From the human T2T-CHM13v2.0 reference genome, Homo sapiens, in the NCBI RefSeq assembly GCF_009914755.1, contig NC_060947.1: DNA of 64,000 nt; one strand, given 5' to 3'. Below the pieces are notes generated by a model. That model ran no database searches. It was not told the origin of the DNA and was given only the letters and a program-made list of their open reading frames with translations. The position numbers and the translations under genes are program-made. Below are positions 41,319 through 56,636 of this stretch, in pieces; the first letter of the stretch is position 1; each line of letters begins with the position of its first letter.

Positions 41319-42067
41319 TACTCCAATATTTAACATTTTAGTATAATCACATACAAGTTATTAGAAGGTGCCTTGCAGTAGAGAACCCCATTGCAAATTG
41401 TACCATAATAAGCTCTTTCTGCTGAATTCTCATTAGTTGAATGAAACATGCACACGGTCTTAATATGTCTGGTTCTATAATTACTAGAACAATCTTCTAA
41501 TCACTTTTGTTAGAATATTTTATTTGAAGAAGTATTCTTTTTTAGGTAGTCCCAGAATACTAAAATTATCCATTTACGGAAAAAAAAAAAACCTCTGAAA
41601 ATGTGGCAGTGACTTCTTACTTGACATTACAGTTGCTTATTCATGTAATTAATTATTTTGTCTAGAAAAGTGAAGCATGTTTCTGTAAGAAGGAAATTAT
41701 GTGTCAGCTCAGCAAGGATATATTTTCAGTCTGTCTGGAAGTGTAAGGTTGTCCTAATTGGTGAACCCTAAGATACAAATAGAGATAGACAAATGCAAGA
41801 GTGGAGGAAGAGAGTGGATGCTAAGAGGGCAGGGAGGTTATCAAAAATCTTGAAAAGATAAAACAGAGCTAGAGGCAGGTCAGATATAAGTATAATAGTA
41901 TAGAGAAATTCTAAACTCTAAACTAAATCAGGCAAAGTAGAGAATGTCAGTCAATGGACAGGTATATGATCAGGCCCAGCAAACATTTTCAGGTTTACTT
42001 TACCTGGAAACATAGTTGGTCATAATAGAGACCAGTTAAATATTTCATACACTTCGTCTACATTTCA

Positions 42068-42418
<351 letters not shown>

Positions 42419-42959
42419 TTAAAAGTGCCATCCTCTATGCCAGGCATATGGCAAGCTGAAATAATATGTCACTGATACAGTAATTCTTGTGGTGACACAA
42501 TGTATAAAGGCAAGCAGTGAATATGTATTTAGGTTTAGCCTCCTAATAGCCATCCCAATGCTTTCCAAAGAAAACCAGAGAAAATGTTCATTTAAGTTTT
42601 ATAAAACAAGCAGTGATTCCAGCTGTGATATAGCACTTTTTATTATCTGGACATACCATATACATGCATCACATTTTCCAAACACCAATACAAAGTGCCA
42701 CTAAACAGTCTTTTTTTTTTGTATTTGCAATTATTAGGAAATACCTGTTTATAATCCATAAGAGTGGGCACCTACTTGCATATGAACATGAGATTCAATC
42801 ACTTTGTTTTCCTTCCTCTTGGAGACGATGGTTATAGAGAGTGAAGAAACTGAAAGTCTTTTAAGTAGCCTATTTTTCTTGATAGACAGGTATTTTATAA
42901 CCCATCTTCAGATTTACTTTAATACTTATGTCACGTACATTATACTTTATAAAACACAT

Positions 42960-43612
42960 AAATATTGATTGTAGAACACATGCGCTATATTAAAAGGCAT
43001 AAATGTAGTATGATCGTTCTAAGAAAATATGCCTTTTTAAAAAGGAGAATCAAGTAAAATAGAATTTATGAGAATTTCTGTATTTTTAGGACATGAACCC
43101 ATAGCAGCACTAAAAACAATGGGTATGTTTGTAATAACTCATATAGGAAAGAAAGGAAACATAGATTGTTCCAAATTGAACAACACTTCTAGAAAATGAT
43201 AAGGCATTATCAATAACAAATTGTGATGCTTAGAAAAACTTTTCTAAAGTATAAATATGTTTGAATTTGACCAGTGTGCTAGGGAAAAGGCTAAAGAATT
43301 TTTCTATCATATTTATAAAAAAAGATATTACAAAATTATGGTCATGTGAAGAACAATCAAATACTACACAGCCAAATATGTAAGAGAAAAATACATAGGT
43401 GGGTTAAGAAGTTAATTAATTTGTGTAAATTTTACATTTCTAGATTCCATGATTTTTGTATTATTTATCATCTCAGTAAATTTTGTAATATTTGTGATTT
43501 CCCTTTTTATTCAAAATAAATACAGATATGTTTACTTAATTTTGTATCCATTTTTTTTATCTCTTTCCTAAATACTGTAAAAGTTCCAGGCTTCACAAAA
43601 CTTAAATATACT
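42960..43612 (+). mobile_element. hAT-Tip100-type DNA transposon 3' part with transposase dimerisation-domain remnant
   Basis: 43219-43350 translates NCDA*KNFSKV*...SVLGKRLKNFSIIFIKKDITKLWSCEE, matching the hAT C-terminal ERxFS...RLxxLSILSIE motif. Terminal caggcttcacaaaac. Confidence 0.6.
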
Positions 43613-44242
43613 TCTTAGTCTACTTTATATACAAATTTGTATTTTTCCACATTTTCAGTCAATACTGTCTTGTCAGCAATGCATCACAATCTCTGCAAAT
43701 ATTATTAAATGAGGAAAATATTAATGTATACCAATGTTAACTTGTTACCAAATAATTAGGCACCAGTTGGTTTGCATAACTTTCACTCTTAAAATTAGCA
43801 TGATCTTGTTGATTTTATAATGAATGTCTTTGAAAAAAGTCATCCTTGTTCCTGTGTATTATTTTACTATAAGCTGTTCTTACAAGTAGAACTACTGAGT
43901 CAAAGCTTATGGTCAGTTTCTCTCTCTCTCTTTCTTGCTCTTACTCTCACTCTCTCTCTTTTTCTCTTCCCCAGTTTTTCAGAATGGTTTTGGAAACATA
44001 CATTTCTGTTAGTACACCCTCATCAGCACTGAGTATTGTCATCTAAAGCTTATTTTAATATATGATATGAAGAAAAGTCTATTATTTTTTCAGTTAATTA
44101 ATTTAACCATTGATTAATATATATCTTTCATTTTTATATTATTTTATATTAAAGTCCTATGAAGATCAGCCTTCTCCTTTTGAGAAATCTTTAAGTCGAT
44201 TTTTATAACACTGTCAAAATTTTATAATAGTTTTATAATACA

Positions 44243-46542
44243 TGATATGGTTTGGCTGTGTGCCTACCCAAATCTCATCTTGAACTGTAGCTCCTATAAT
44301 ACCCATGTGTTGTGGGAGGGACCTGGTGAGAGGTTATTGAGTCATGGCGGTGTGTCTTTCCCATGCTGTTATCATTATAGAGTAAGTCTTATAAGATCTG
44401 ATGGTTTTATAAAGGGCATTTCCCCTGCACACGCTCTCTCGCGTGCTGTGCTGTAACATGTGACTTAGCTCCTCCTTCACCTTCCACCATGATTGTGAGG
44501 TCTCTTTAGCTGTGTAGAACTGTGAGTCCATTAAACCTCCTTACTTTTATAAATTACCCTGTCTCGTGTATATCTTCACTATCAGCATGATAACAGAATA
44601 ATAGAGTAAACTGGTAAAGGAAGTGGGGCGCTGTTGTAAAGACACCTGAAAATGTGGAAGCGACTTTGGAACTAGGTAACAGGCAGAGGATGGAACAGTT
44701 TGAAGGGCTCAGAAGACAGGAAGATGTAGGAAAGTCTGGAACTTTCTAGAGACTTGTTGAATGGCGTTGACTAAAATGCTCAGGTGGTCTCAGATGGAGA
44801 TGAGGAACTTGTTGGGAACTGGAACAAAAGTGACTCTCGTCATACTTCAGCAAAGAGACTGGCAGCATTTTTGCCCCTGCCCTAGAGATTTGTGGAACTT
44901 TGAACTTGACAGAGATGATTTAAGGCACCTGGCAGAAAAAATTTCTAAGCAGCAAAGTATTGAAGATGTGAGTCGGATGCTAATAAAATCATTCAGTTTT
45001 ATGCATTCACAAATATATGGTTTGGAATTTGAACTTACGTTTAAAAGGGAAGCAGAGCATAAAAGCTTGAAAAATTTGCAGCCTGACAATGCAATAAAAA
45101 GGAAAAATCCATTTTCTGAGGAGAAATTCAAGCTGGCCGCAGAAATTTGCAAAAGTCACGAGGAGCCAAATGTTAATTGCCAGGACAATGGAGAAAATGT
45201 CTCCAGGGCAGCCCCTTCCATCACAGGACTGGAGGCCTAGGAGAAAAAAATAGTTTCATGGGTAGGGCCCAGGGCTCCCCTGCTCTGTGCACCTTCAGGA
45301 CATGGTGCCCTGCATCCCAGCTGCTTCAGCTCCAGCTGTGGCTAAAAGAGACCAATGTACAGCTCAGTCTGTTGCTTCAGAGTGTGTGCAAGCCCCAAGC
45401 CTTGGTGGCTTTCGTGTGCTGTTGTTCCTGTAAGTGTACAAAAGTCAAGAATTGAGGTTTGAAAACCTCTGCCTAGATTTCAGAGGATACATGGAAATGC
45501 CTGATGTCCAGGCAGAGGTTTGCTACAGGGGCCACACCCTCATGGAGAACCTCTGCTAGGGCAGTGCAGAAGGGAAATGAGGGGTTGGAGCCCCCACACA
45601 CTCTCCACTGGGACACTGCCTAGTAGAGCTCTAAGAAAAAGATCATCATCCTCCTCCAGACCCCAGAATGGTAGATCCACTGACAGCTTGCACTGTACAC
45701 CTGGAGAAGCCACAGATACTCAACAGCAGCTGTGAAAGCATCCAGGAGGGGGGCCGTACACTGCAAAGCCACAGGGGCTGAGCTGCCCAAGGTGGGAACC
45801 CACATCTTGCACCAATGTGACCTGGATGTGATACATACAGTCAAAGGAGATTATTTCAGTGCTGAAGATTTAATTACTGCCCTATTGGATTTTGGACTTG
45901 CATGGGGCCTGTAGGCCCTTTTGTGTTGGCCAATTTCTCCCATTTGGAATGGGTGTATTTACCCAGTGTCTGTACCCCCACTGCATCTAGGAAATAATTA
46001 ACTTGCTTTGATTTTAGGCTCATAGGTGGAAGGGACTTGCCTTGTCTCAAATGAGACTTTGGACTGTGGACTTTTGAGTTAATGCTGAATTGTGTTAAGA
46101 CTTTGGGGAACTATTACGAATGCATGATTGGTTTTGAAATGTGAGGACATGAGATTTGGGAGTGGCCAGGGGTGGAAAGATATGGGTTATCAGTGTCCCC
46201 ACCCAAATTTCATTTGAAATATAGCTCCCATAATTCCCATGTGTCATGTGAGGGACCCAGTGGGAGGTAATTGAATCATGAGGGCAGGTCTTTCTCATGC
46301 TGTTCTCTTGATAGTGAATAAGTCTCATGAGATCTGATTGTTCTGTATAAGGGGAGTTCCCCTGCACAGGCTCTTTGGCCTGCTGCCATGGCAGACATGA
46401 CTTTGTTCCTCCTTAGCCTTCTGCTGTAATTGTGAGGCCCTCCCAGCCAGGGGGAAACGTGAGTCCATTAAACGTCCTTTCCTTTATGAATTACCCAGTC
46501 TTGGGTGTGTTTTTATTAGCAGCATGAGGACAGACTAATGCA
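44243..46542 (+). mobile_element. THE1 (B/C-like) MaLR provirus: LTR 44243-44605, internal 44606-46177, LTR 46178-46542
   Basis: Two direct LTRs (tgatatggtttggctgtg...aataga; agatatggg...ctaatgca). THE1-int text gaaaatgtggaagcgactttggaact, purine tract before the 3' LTR, 5-bp TSD ataca/atata. Confidence 0.95.
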
Positions 46543-47256
46543 ATATATTTTTATACTTCACAGTATTGCCACTCCTCTTTTTCCAAATGTTATGTCTATA
46601 TTTGCTGGTCATGGCTTTCCTTTTAATAATGTTATTATTTTAAAAATAGGAGCATCAAAACAATTTCAAAAACAAACCTATGAAACAACACAAAGGCAAA
46701 TCAACACCTTGTTTTTTCAAGAAAAATGGAAATCAATAGTGTAAAAATGACTACATATATGTGTACGTATTTTACTGCATGTCATTTACAAGCAAAGTAA
46801 GACAAGAAATAGTCATTAGATTCATTGAGTTAATTATTGTCATCCTTACATATATAACTATATACTAGTTCCAAAACACTTATATTTTTTCCTTTCATAC
46901 TTTCTTATTTCAGCTTAATTTATGGATTATTGACAAAAAACATTGTGTTCTATATATTAAACCTGTACAATGTGATTAGTTAACATATGTTTATTGTGAA
47001 ATGATTATTACAATCAAGAAAATTAATATAGTTACTATTGAATGTAGAATGGCAACCCCATTCTACTCTCTGTATCTGTGAGTTCATTTTTTTTCTGAAT
47101 TTTCACATGTAAGTGAGATCATACAGTATTTGTCTTTCTCTGTCTCCCTTATTTCACTTAGCATAATGTCCTACAGATTCATCCATCTTGTCAGAAATGA
47201 CAAGATTCTCTGATTTTTTAAGTCTGAATAATATTTCAATGTATGTGTGTGTGTGA

Positions 47257-47258
<2 letters not shown>

Positions 47259-47294
<36 letters not shown>

Positions 47295-47316
47295 ACACAC
47301 ACACATATATATATAT
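47259..47316. repeat. (CA)n(TA)n microsatellite inside L1MA
   Basis: Directly visible. Confidence 0.95.
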
Positions 47317-49127
47317 CTCACATTTTCTTTATCCATTCATCCAACAATGGACACTTAGGTTGTGTCTATGTCTTGGCTATTGTGAATAATGCTGTAATGA
47401 ATATGAGAGTGTGGATAGCTCTGCAAAATACTGATTTCGTTATCTTCAAATATATGCCCAAAAGTGGGATTGCTAGACCTCTATTTTTAATTTTTTGAGG
47501 AACCTATACTTTGTTTTACATAATGGCTGTACTAATTTACATTCTCACCAAGAGTGAACAAGGGTTCCCTTTTCTCCTCATCGTGGCCAACTTATCTCTT
47601 TTCTTTTTGATAATAGACACCCTAAACTGTATGAGGTGATATCTCATTGTGGTTTTGACCTGCATTTCCCTGATAATTACTGATGTTGAGCACCTTCTCA
47701 TATCCCTGCTGGCCTTTTGTATATCTTCTTTTGAAAAATATCTATTTGAGTTATTTGCCCATTTTAGGATCATATTGTTTTGTTGTTGGATTGGTTGAGT
47801 TTATATTGAGTTTAATATATTTTGATATTAACTCATTATCAAAAATATATTTACGAATATATTGTCTTGTCCCATAAGTTGCCTTTTTATTTTGTTGGTT
47901 TTTTCCTTTGCATTGCAGATGCTTTTTATGTTGCTGTAGACTAACATGTTTACTTCTGCTTTTGTTGCCTATAATTTTTGTGTCATATCCATAAAAATCA
48001 TTACAAAGATCTTTTTGATCTTTTTTCCTCTTTTCTACGGAGAGTTTTATGGTTTCATGTTTCACGACAAAATCTATAATCTATTTTTAGTTACTTTTTG
48101 TGATTCATGTAAGATAGTGCTCCAATTTCATTCTTTTAAATGTGGGTATCCAATTTGCCCAACAGCATTAATTGTAGAAAATATTATTTCCCCATGGTGT
48201 ATTCTCAGCATTCTTGTCAAAGATTAGTTGATTAGTTGACTGTATGTGAATTAATTTATTTCTGGGGTCTCTATTCTCTTTATTAGCCTGTAAAGATGTT
48301 TTATTATTCATAATTTGGTCTTGCTAGGTTGTATTCATGTTTTCAAGGTTATCAAACTTGTTTGCATATAATCGCTCATAGTAGTCTCTTACGTTCATTT
48401 GTATTTGTGCAGCATCGGTTGTAATGTGTTCGTTTTAATTTATAATTTTCTTTATTGAGTCAGATCTTTTTATTCCTGGTTAGTCTAGCTAAAGGTTTGT
48501 CAATTTTGTTTAACTTTTCAAAATTCATTCTTAGTTTTGTTTATCTTTTCTATTTATCTATCCTCTAATTTGTTTCTCTTCTGCTGTTTATTATATGTTT
48601 CCTTTCTTCTCTACTGTTTATTCTGTCCTTCCTTTTGCTAAATTTTGGGTTATATTTTTCATATTTTTTTTTGCTTGTGGCATAAAGTTAGCTTGTTTAT
48701 TAGGGATCTCTTTTCTTAATGTAAACATATATTACTGTAAGTTTTCCTCTTTAATTGCCTTAACTGCATCCCATACATTTTAGTATTTTGTGTTTCCATT
48801 TTTATTTGTCTCAAGATATTATTTGATTAAAAAAAATTCTTCTTTGAACCATTGTTTTTTCAGGAGGGTGCTGCTAAATTTCCACATATTTGTGAGTTTT
48901 CTAATTTTCTTCCTGTTATTGAGTCTAGTTTCATACCATCCTTACCAGAAAGATCGTTGGCATGACTTAATTCTTTCTAAATGTGTTAAGACTTGTTTTA
49001 TGGCCTAACATATTATCTATTCTTGAGAATGTTTTGTGTACCCTTGAGAAGAATACATTATGCTGCTGTGAGATGTAATGTTCTGCATATGTCTGTTAGA
49101 TCAATTTGGTGTACGGTGTTGTTCTAG

Positions 49128-49641
<514 letters not shown>

Positions 49642-52198
49642 GATTTTGTCTCTTGTGACAGTTTTTGACTTAAAGTCTATTTGTTTGATACAATACAGCC
49701 ACAGCTGCTGTCTTTTGACAATCAATTGTATAAAATACATTTTTTATCCCTATTCTTTCAGCCTATGTGTGTCCTTAAAAATAACGTTAGTCACTTATAT
49801 GCAACACATAGTTGGAGCTATTTTTAAATCTGTGATACCACTCTTTTTTGATTGGAGAATTTAATTCATTTATGTTTAAAGTAATTATTGATAGGTAAAA
49901 AATTACTATGATCATTTTGTGAATTGTTTCTTAACTGTTTTTTAGTCCTTTTTTTCTTCCTCTCTTGCTGTCTTTCTTTGTGATTTGATAACTGTTTTGG
50001 TAGTAAGTTCTGATTCATTTTTTAAAATGTTGTTTGAATCCACTACACATTTATCTTTTGTGGTTGTCATGAGGCTCACATACAATATCTTATAACATCT
50101 TATTTAAGCTAATAATATCATTAAAAAGCCTATAATTTTACTTTCCCCTCACATTTTTAGGTTATAGATTTTATTATTTACATATTTTATGAAAATATTG
50201 AGTATCCATTATCAAATTATTGTAGCTACAGTTATTTTAATACATTTGCCTTTTAACAGTTATCATTATTTTTGAAAGGGATTTACACACCACCATTACA
50301 ATTTTAGAGAATTCTAAATTTGACTACCTATTCACCTTTATTAGTGAGTTTGATACATTTGTCTGTTTTTGCATTGTTACTTAGCATCCTTTCATTTCAG
50401 CATGAATAAATCCCTTTACCATTTTTTATAAAGTGGTTCTAGTTGGTGACAAAATCTTTCAGCTTTTATTTGTTTGAGGTAATTTTCATTGCTCCTTCAT
50501 TTCTGAAAGACAGCTTTGCCAGGTATTGTACCCCTGGTTGGCAGTTTTATTCTTCCACTATTTTGAATGTATCATCTACTTCCTCCTGGCCTGCAAGGTT
50601 TCTGCTGAGAAATCTGCTGATAGTCTCACAGAGGATCTTTTGTATGTGATGAGTCACTTCTCTTGCTGCTTTCAGTATTCTCTCTTTATCTTTGACTTTT
50701 CACAATTTAATTACGTGTCTTCTGTAAATCTCTTTAAGTTCCTCCTATTTGGGCCTTCATAAACCTGCATGCTTAATTCTCTTCCTAGATTTGAAAAGTT
50801 TTCATGCATTATTTCCTTAAGTAGTCTTCTTGCTCTTTGTCTCTCACTTTTCTATCTGTGAGTTCTTATTTTGGATATGTTGTTTTGCTTGAAGGGCCTC
50901 ATGAGTCCTGTAGAGTTTCTTTACTCTTTTTCATCTGTTTTACTTTTTGTAATAAATGCCACTGTCATTTCAATAAATTTATCTTGACGGTATTTCCATG
51001 TGAATAAATTTTCCATGGGGATAAAAATTTACTACAAGGCATCTACATTTTAAATGGAGCCTTTTGATAAAAAATTCCATAAATATGCAAATAAGTGACA
51101 TATTTATATGTACAGTAATGCGTTTTTCACATTTAGGAAAAGTCAATATTCCAAACTTATTCAGTTTTGAAGGAATCCTTTTCTTGTTGGTTCACCATGT
51201 CTATGTAGACAGTAAAAGATAGCAGAGTTGTTGAAAATAATTATAGCTTTTTTGGATCTCAAGTAACCTTTATTAAAATATTGATTCATTAAAAATATGT
51301 GTGCATAAGTAAACAATCTCTGGTAACACTTGAAAGTTTAACAGAAGGTAATTTAAAATCAATTGTCAGTCCTCTGAAAATGACACAGACAGCATGATCA
51401 CCCTCCAACCCAGTGTTTATGGAGAGATCGCATTTTGCAACAGATACTAGCTTGTAAAAGGAAGTCATGGTACCATGCTGGGCCATAGCATATTCGATTA
51501 GGGAAAAAAACACATATTGGTTTATAGCCAATGTTAGAGTCTGCAATAGAGACCAAATGTAGCAATACAAGTGTGAGTAGCTTGTGTTGCAATCACCTTT
51601 GCCTTTTGCAGACTCAGACCTTACATCATTTAGAACCCTGTACTTTAGGGAGCAAGCATGGTTAAATTCATCATGTAAATTTTTTTCTTCACATATTATT
51701 CTTTTCCTAGTTATTATTTTAAGTTTCTTCTTAGTTTTTGTCATGCTTAGATGTTTCTTTGTGGTAAATAGTTAAAGAAGCCAATGAGTAGCTTTTTAAA
51801 TTTCCCAAAGCAAAACCTTACAGCAATACCTATACATTTAGGTCCAAACCCCCAAGCATATAACTATTACGGTGTGCTCACCAAGAATGGGTCTACCTTC
51901 AGCCATTGCCATAGCCATTAGCAAATACCTGAACCCATAATATGTGTCACACATACTCACTTTCATGCTGACTTTCATACATAAAATAAGAAACTTATCT
52001 CCTTACCCACTGCCATGTGATAAGACATGCTAAGAATTGTGCACCATAAATTATTATGACCATATCTAGGCCCATAACCCATATCGATTCTCCTAACCTC
52101 ACTAATTTTCATGCCTATGTTCTATAGCGTCTCCTGTGGTCAAAATATAAAACCATACTCAAATTCATTACTTTTTCTGGTACAATGATAGTACATAC

Positions 52199-52773
52199 TG
52201 TGGTAGGCAGAACTTCAGATGATGCTCAATTGAGTTAAACACCCTTGTATAATCTTTTTGCCTTGACTGTAGGCAGACATCGTCACTTACTTCTAGCCAA
52301 CAAAATATGTCAGATGTGATGGGATAGCCAGTCCCATGATTGCATTTTATTATGTATGAATCTGTCTTAGCAGACTGGAATCAGAAATTTTTCTGTTTGT
52401 TTTGAATAATTAAGTTGCCTTGTTGCGTAAGTCCCACTTGGCTAGGACCTGTGACATCCTCTAGGAGATGATCATGAACCCCAGCAAATAGCCAGTAAGA
52501 AAATGGGACCTCATTTCTTCAACCTCAAAAAACTGAATTCTGCTACAACCACATGAGTTTGGAAAAGGGCCTTGAGCTCCAGAAAGGAGTACAGCCCCTC
52601 TGATACCCGGATTGTAGCTTTGTAAGACCTTGAACAGAGGACAAAGTAGAGCAGAGAACCCGCTAAGCCATACCTTGCCTCCAAAACCATGGAAACTATG
52701 AGATAATACATTTATATATTTTAAAACAACTATCTTTGTAGTAATTTGTTATTTTGCAGAGAAAACTAATACA
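52199..52773 (+). mobile_element. MLT1E/F-family MaLR solo LTR
   Basis: tgtggtaggcagaac...gtcttagcagactgga...agaaaactaataca, with TG...CA termini. Confidence 0.85.
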
Positions 52774-52945
52774 CATCTTCAGAGTCATGCTCAGCAAACA
52801 GTGCCTACATCTATAACCACGTGCAAGGAATGGCCATAACAACACCCAGGCTTGCCAAGAGAGTGTATGTTTTCACCTCTTTGGAATGTCAAAGCACACA
52901 CCTTTAAACATGCTTTAATTTATACACAAGCTCAAATGTGCCTAC

Positions 52946-52959
52946 GTTCAAATCTTGTA

Positions 52960-53010
<51 letters not shown>

Positions 53011-53114
53011 AGATATATATGTACAAGATATATATGTACAAGATATATATGTACTATATATATGTATACAAGATATATATATATATATATATATATGGTG
53101 TACAAGATTTGAAC
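52946..53114. repeat. Palindromic AT-rich repeat: 17-bp inverted arms enclosing (TA)n and a 15-mer tandem repeat
   Basis: gttcaaatcttgtacac (52946-52962) is the exact reverse complement of gtgtacaagatttgaac (53098-53114). Confidence 0.95.
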
Positions 53115-55449
53115 ACAACCACCCAGACAAGCACATTAAACGTGTCTAACTCAAACTTATACCTGGAAAGTCCTACCAGCTTTGCATATCCAGGCAGAAC
53201 TACATGGAGAACACCCTGATGCACCCAGACAGGCTCAGGCCCATGACAATTTCTTACCTATTCAGGGAATAATATTGAGATGACCTCATCCAGGACCACC
53301 TATGCAGTTCTATCTATCCATGCCCTCCCCTGCACCCACAGCACACCATTTTCTTAACCGAGCCAACCAGCTGAACACATGTGCTTATAGACAACTTTAT
53401 GTCTGGAGTTATGTGTACAAGGTCAAAGGGGAAACTGGTAAATATATGTGTGCTGAAAGCAGGAAAAAAATAGGGAATGACAATAACTCCGTAGTTCTTG
53501 GGGAAGTATATGGACATAAGTATCCCTCAGTGTGTTCATCTTAGCTCCTAGCTCTGGGGCCAAAGGAAGTAGAATCTGTGCTTTAAGAGGAGAGGGCTAA
53601 CAAGAGTCAAGTATCACGTAAATGCTCTAGTCAATCTGGGTGGGGTTTAGGGAAAGCACCAGACTCAGTGCAAAGACTATAGTGTTAGTCTGTGAATCCA
53701 GACTAAAGCTTACTTGTAAAGTCTACGCCAACACCACAAGGAAGAGGGAGAGATCCATGATTGGGTGGATGCCCAGAGCTCCCCCTGAGATCTGTAATGA
53801 GAACAGTAAATTATGTGGAAGAGTACAAAGTATGCAGTCATGTGGAATTTGGTTTAATTCTTTTAAATTCCCTCAGAACAGAATCAGTAACTCTTTCCTT
53901 TATGTTCCTATTAAAACTTTGATCTTTACCTTTTAGTGTGTTTTATATTATATTCAAGTTTCATGTCTCCTGTCACCACTGATGTCTTAATCTTATTATT
54001 AGTAACTCTTGTTTATTGACTGCCTTCTTAAATCTGGAACTTCCACTTGTCACTTTACATAAGCATTGTATCTGATCTTTGCAACAAATTTGGAAGGTTT
54101 TATCATCATCTCGATTATATGATGAACAAACAAATAGAAAAATATCAAGTAATTACCCTGGATGACAGGGAGCCAATTATAGTGTTCAGAAGGGGAGGTT
54201 TAAAAGCTATAGTTTTTGGCATTTAGAGACGAGGTTTTTTCGTCACTCTACCATACAGCTTCCCTCATAATTCCCCAGCTTCATCTCCTTCTCAAACCCA
54301 CCTCTGTCCTTCAAATGAGTTATGTGTCTTCACTATGTTGCTGCTCTCAGGGCCAAGCATAGTGTCTGGCACATAGTAGATATTTTACACATATTTTAGA
54401 TAAGTTGTTTATTTTATTTTATTTTTATTATACATTAAGTTCTTGAATACATGTGCAGAATGTGCAGGTTTGTTACATAGGTATATATGTGCCATGGTGG
54501 TTTGCTGCACCCATCAACCTATCCTCTACATTAGGTATTTCTCCTAATGCTATCCCTCCCCTTGCTCCCCAGCCCCTGACAAGCCCCAGTGTGTGATGTT
54601 TCCCTCCCTGTGTCCATGTGTTCTCATCGTTCAACTCCCAATTATAAGTGAGAACACGCGGTGTTTGGCTTTCTGTTCCTTTGTTAGTTTGCTGAGAATG
54701 ATGGTTTCCAGCTTCATCCATGTCCCTGCAAGGGACATGAACTCATTCTTTTTTATGGCTGCATAGTATTCCATGGTGTATATTGCCACATTTTCTTTAT
54801 CCAGTCTATCATTGATGGGCATTTGGGTTGGTTCCAAGTCTTTGCTATTGTGAGTGTTTCTTTATAGTAGCATGGTTTATAATCCTTCGGGTATATACCC
54901 AGTAATGGGATTGCTGGGTCAAATGCTATTTCTGGTTCTAGATCCTTGAGGAATCACCACACTGTCTTCCACAATGGTTGAACTAATTTACACTGCCACC
55001 AACAGTGTAAAAGTGTTCCTATTTCTCCACAACCTCTCCAGCATCTGTTGTTTCCTGACTTTTTAATGATCACCATTCTAATGGGCGTGAGATGATATCC
55101 CATTGTGGTTTTGATTTGCATTTCTCTAATGACCAGTGATGATGAGCTTTCTTTCATATGTTTGTTGGCCACATAAATGTCTTCTTTTGAGAAGTGTCTG
55201 TTCATATCCTTAGCCCACTTTTGATGGGGTTGTTTGTTTTTTTCTTGTAAATGTGTTGGTGTTCCTTGTAGATTCTGGATGTTAGCCCTTTTTCAGATCG
55301 GTAGATTGACAAAATTTTCTCCCATTCTGTGGGTTGTCTGTTCACTCAGATGATAGTGTCTTTTGCTGTGCAGAAGCTCTTTGGTTTAATTAGATCCCAT
55401 TTGTCAATTTTGGCTTTCGTTACCATTGCTTTTGGTGTTTTAGTCATGA

Positions 55450-55825
<376 letters not shown>

Positions 55826-56636
55826 TGTCTAGGTTTTCTTCAAGGGTTTTATGGATTTAGGTCTTACATTTAAGTCTTTAATCCATCTTGAGTTAATTTT
55901 TGTATAAGGTGTAAGAAAGGGGTCCAGTTTCACTTTTCTGCATATGGCTAGCCAGTGTTCCCCAAACCACTTATTAAGTAGAGAATTTTTTCCATATTGC
56001 TTGTTCTTCTCAGGTTTGTCAAAGGTCAGCTGGTTGTATATGTGTGGTGTTATTTCTGAGGCCTCTGTTCTCTTCCATTGGTCTATATATCTGTTTTGGT
56101 GTAGGTACCATGTTGTTTTGATTACTGTAGCTTTGTAGTATAATTTGAAGTCAGGTAGTGTGATGCCCCCAGCTTTGTTCTTTTTGCTTAGGATTGTCTT
56201 GGCTATAGTGGCTCTTTCTTGGTTCCATATGAAACTTAAAGTAGTTTTTCTAATTCTGTGAAGAAAGTCAATGGTAGCTTGATGGGAATAACATCTATAA
56301 ATTAATTTGGGCAGTATGACATTTTTTACGATATTCATTCTTCCTAGCTGTGATCATGGAATCTTTTTGCATTTATCTGTGTCCTCTCTGATTTCCTTGA
56401 GCAGTGGTTTGTAGTTGTCCTTGAAGAGGTCCTTCACATCCCTTGTAAGTTGTATTCCTAGGTATTTTATTCTCTTTGTAGCAGTTGTGAATGGGAGTTC
56501 TCTCATGATTTGGTTCTCTGTTTACTTTTGGTGTATAAAAATGCTTGTGACTTTTGCACATTCATTATGTATCCCAAGACTTTGCTGAAGTTGCTTATCA
56601 GCTTAAGGAGTTTTTGGGCTAAGATGATGGGTTTTT

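Noticed and set aside
44761-45914. Cluster of ORFs as genes
   Set aside because: All lie in THE1 internal sequence and are broken by frameshifts.
51289-51744. 151-aa minus-strand ORF in unique sequence
   Set aside because: No recognisable domain, AT-rich composition, and no supporting splice or promoter context. It is likely a chance ORF, although the region could be a conserved non-coding element.
52852-53219. Tyr/Ile-rich ORFs with RYICT or QDIYV repeats
   Set aside because: These are translations of the (TA)n and 15-mer repeat. The ORFs at 13887-14287 are the same kind of artefact.
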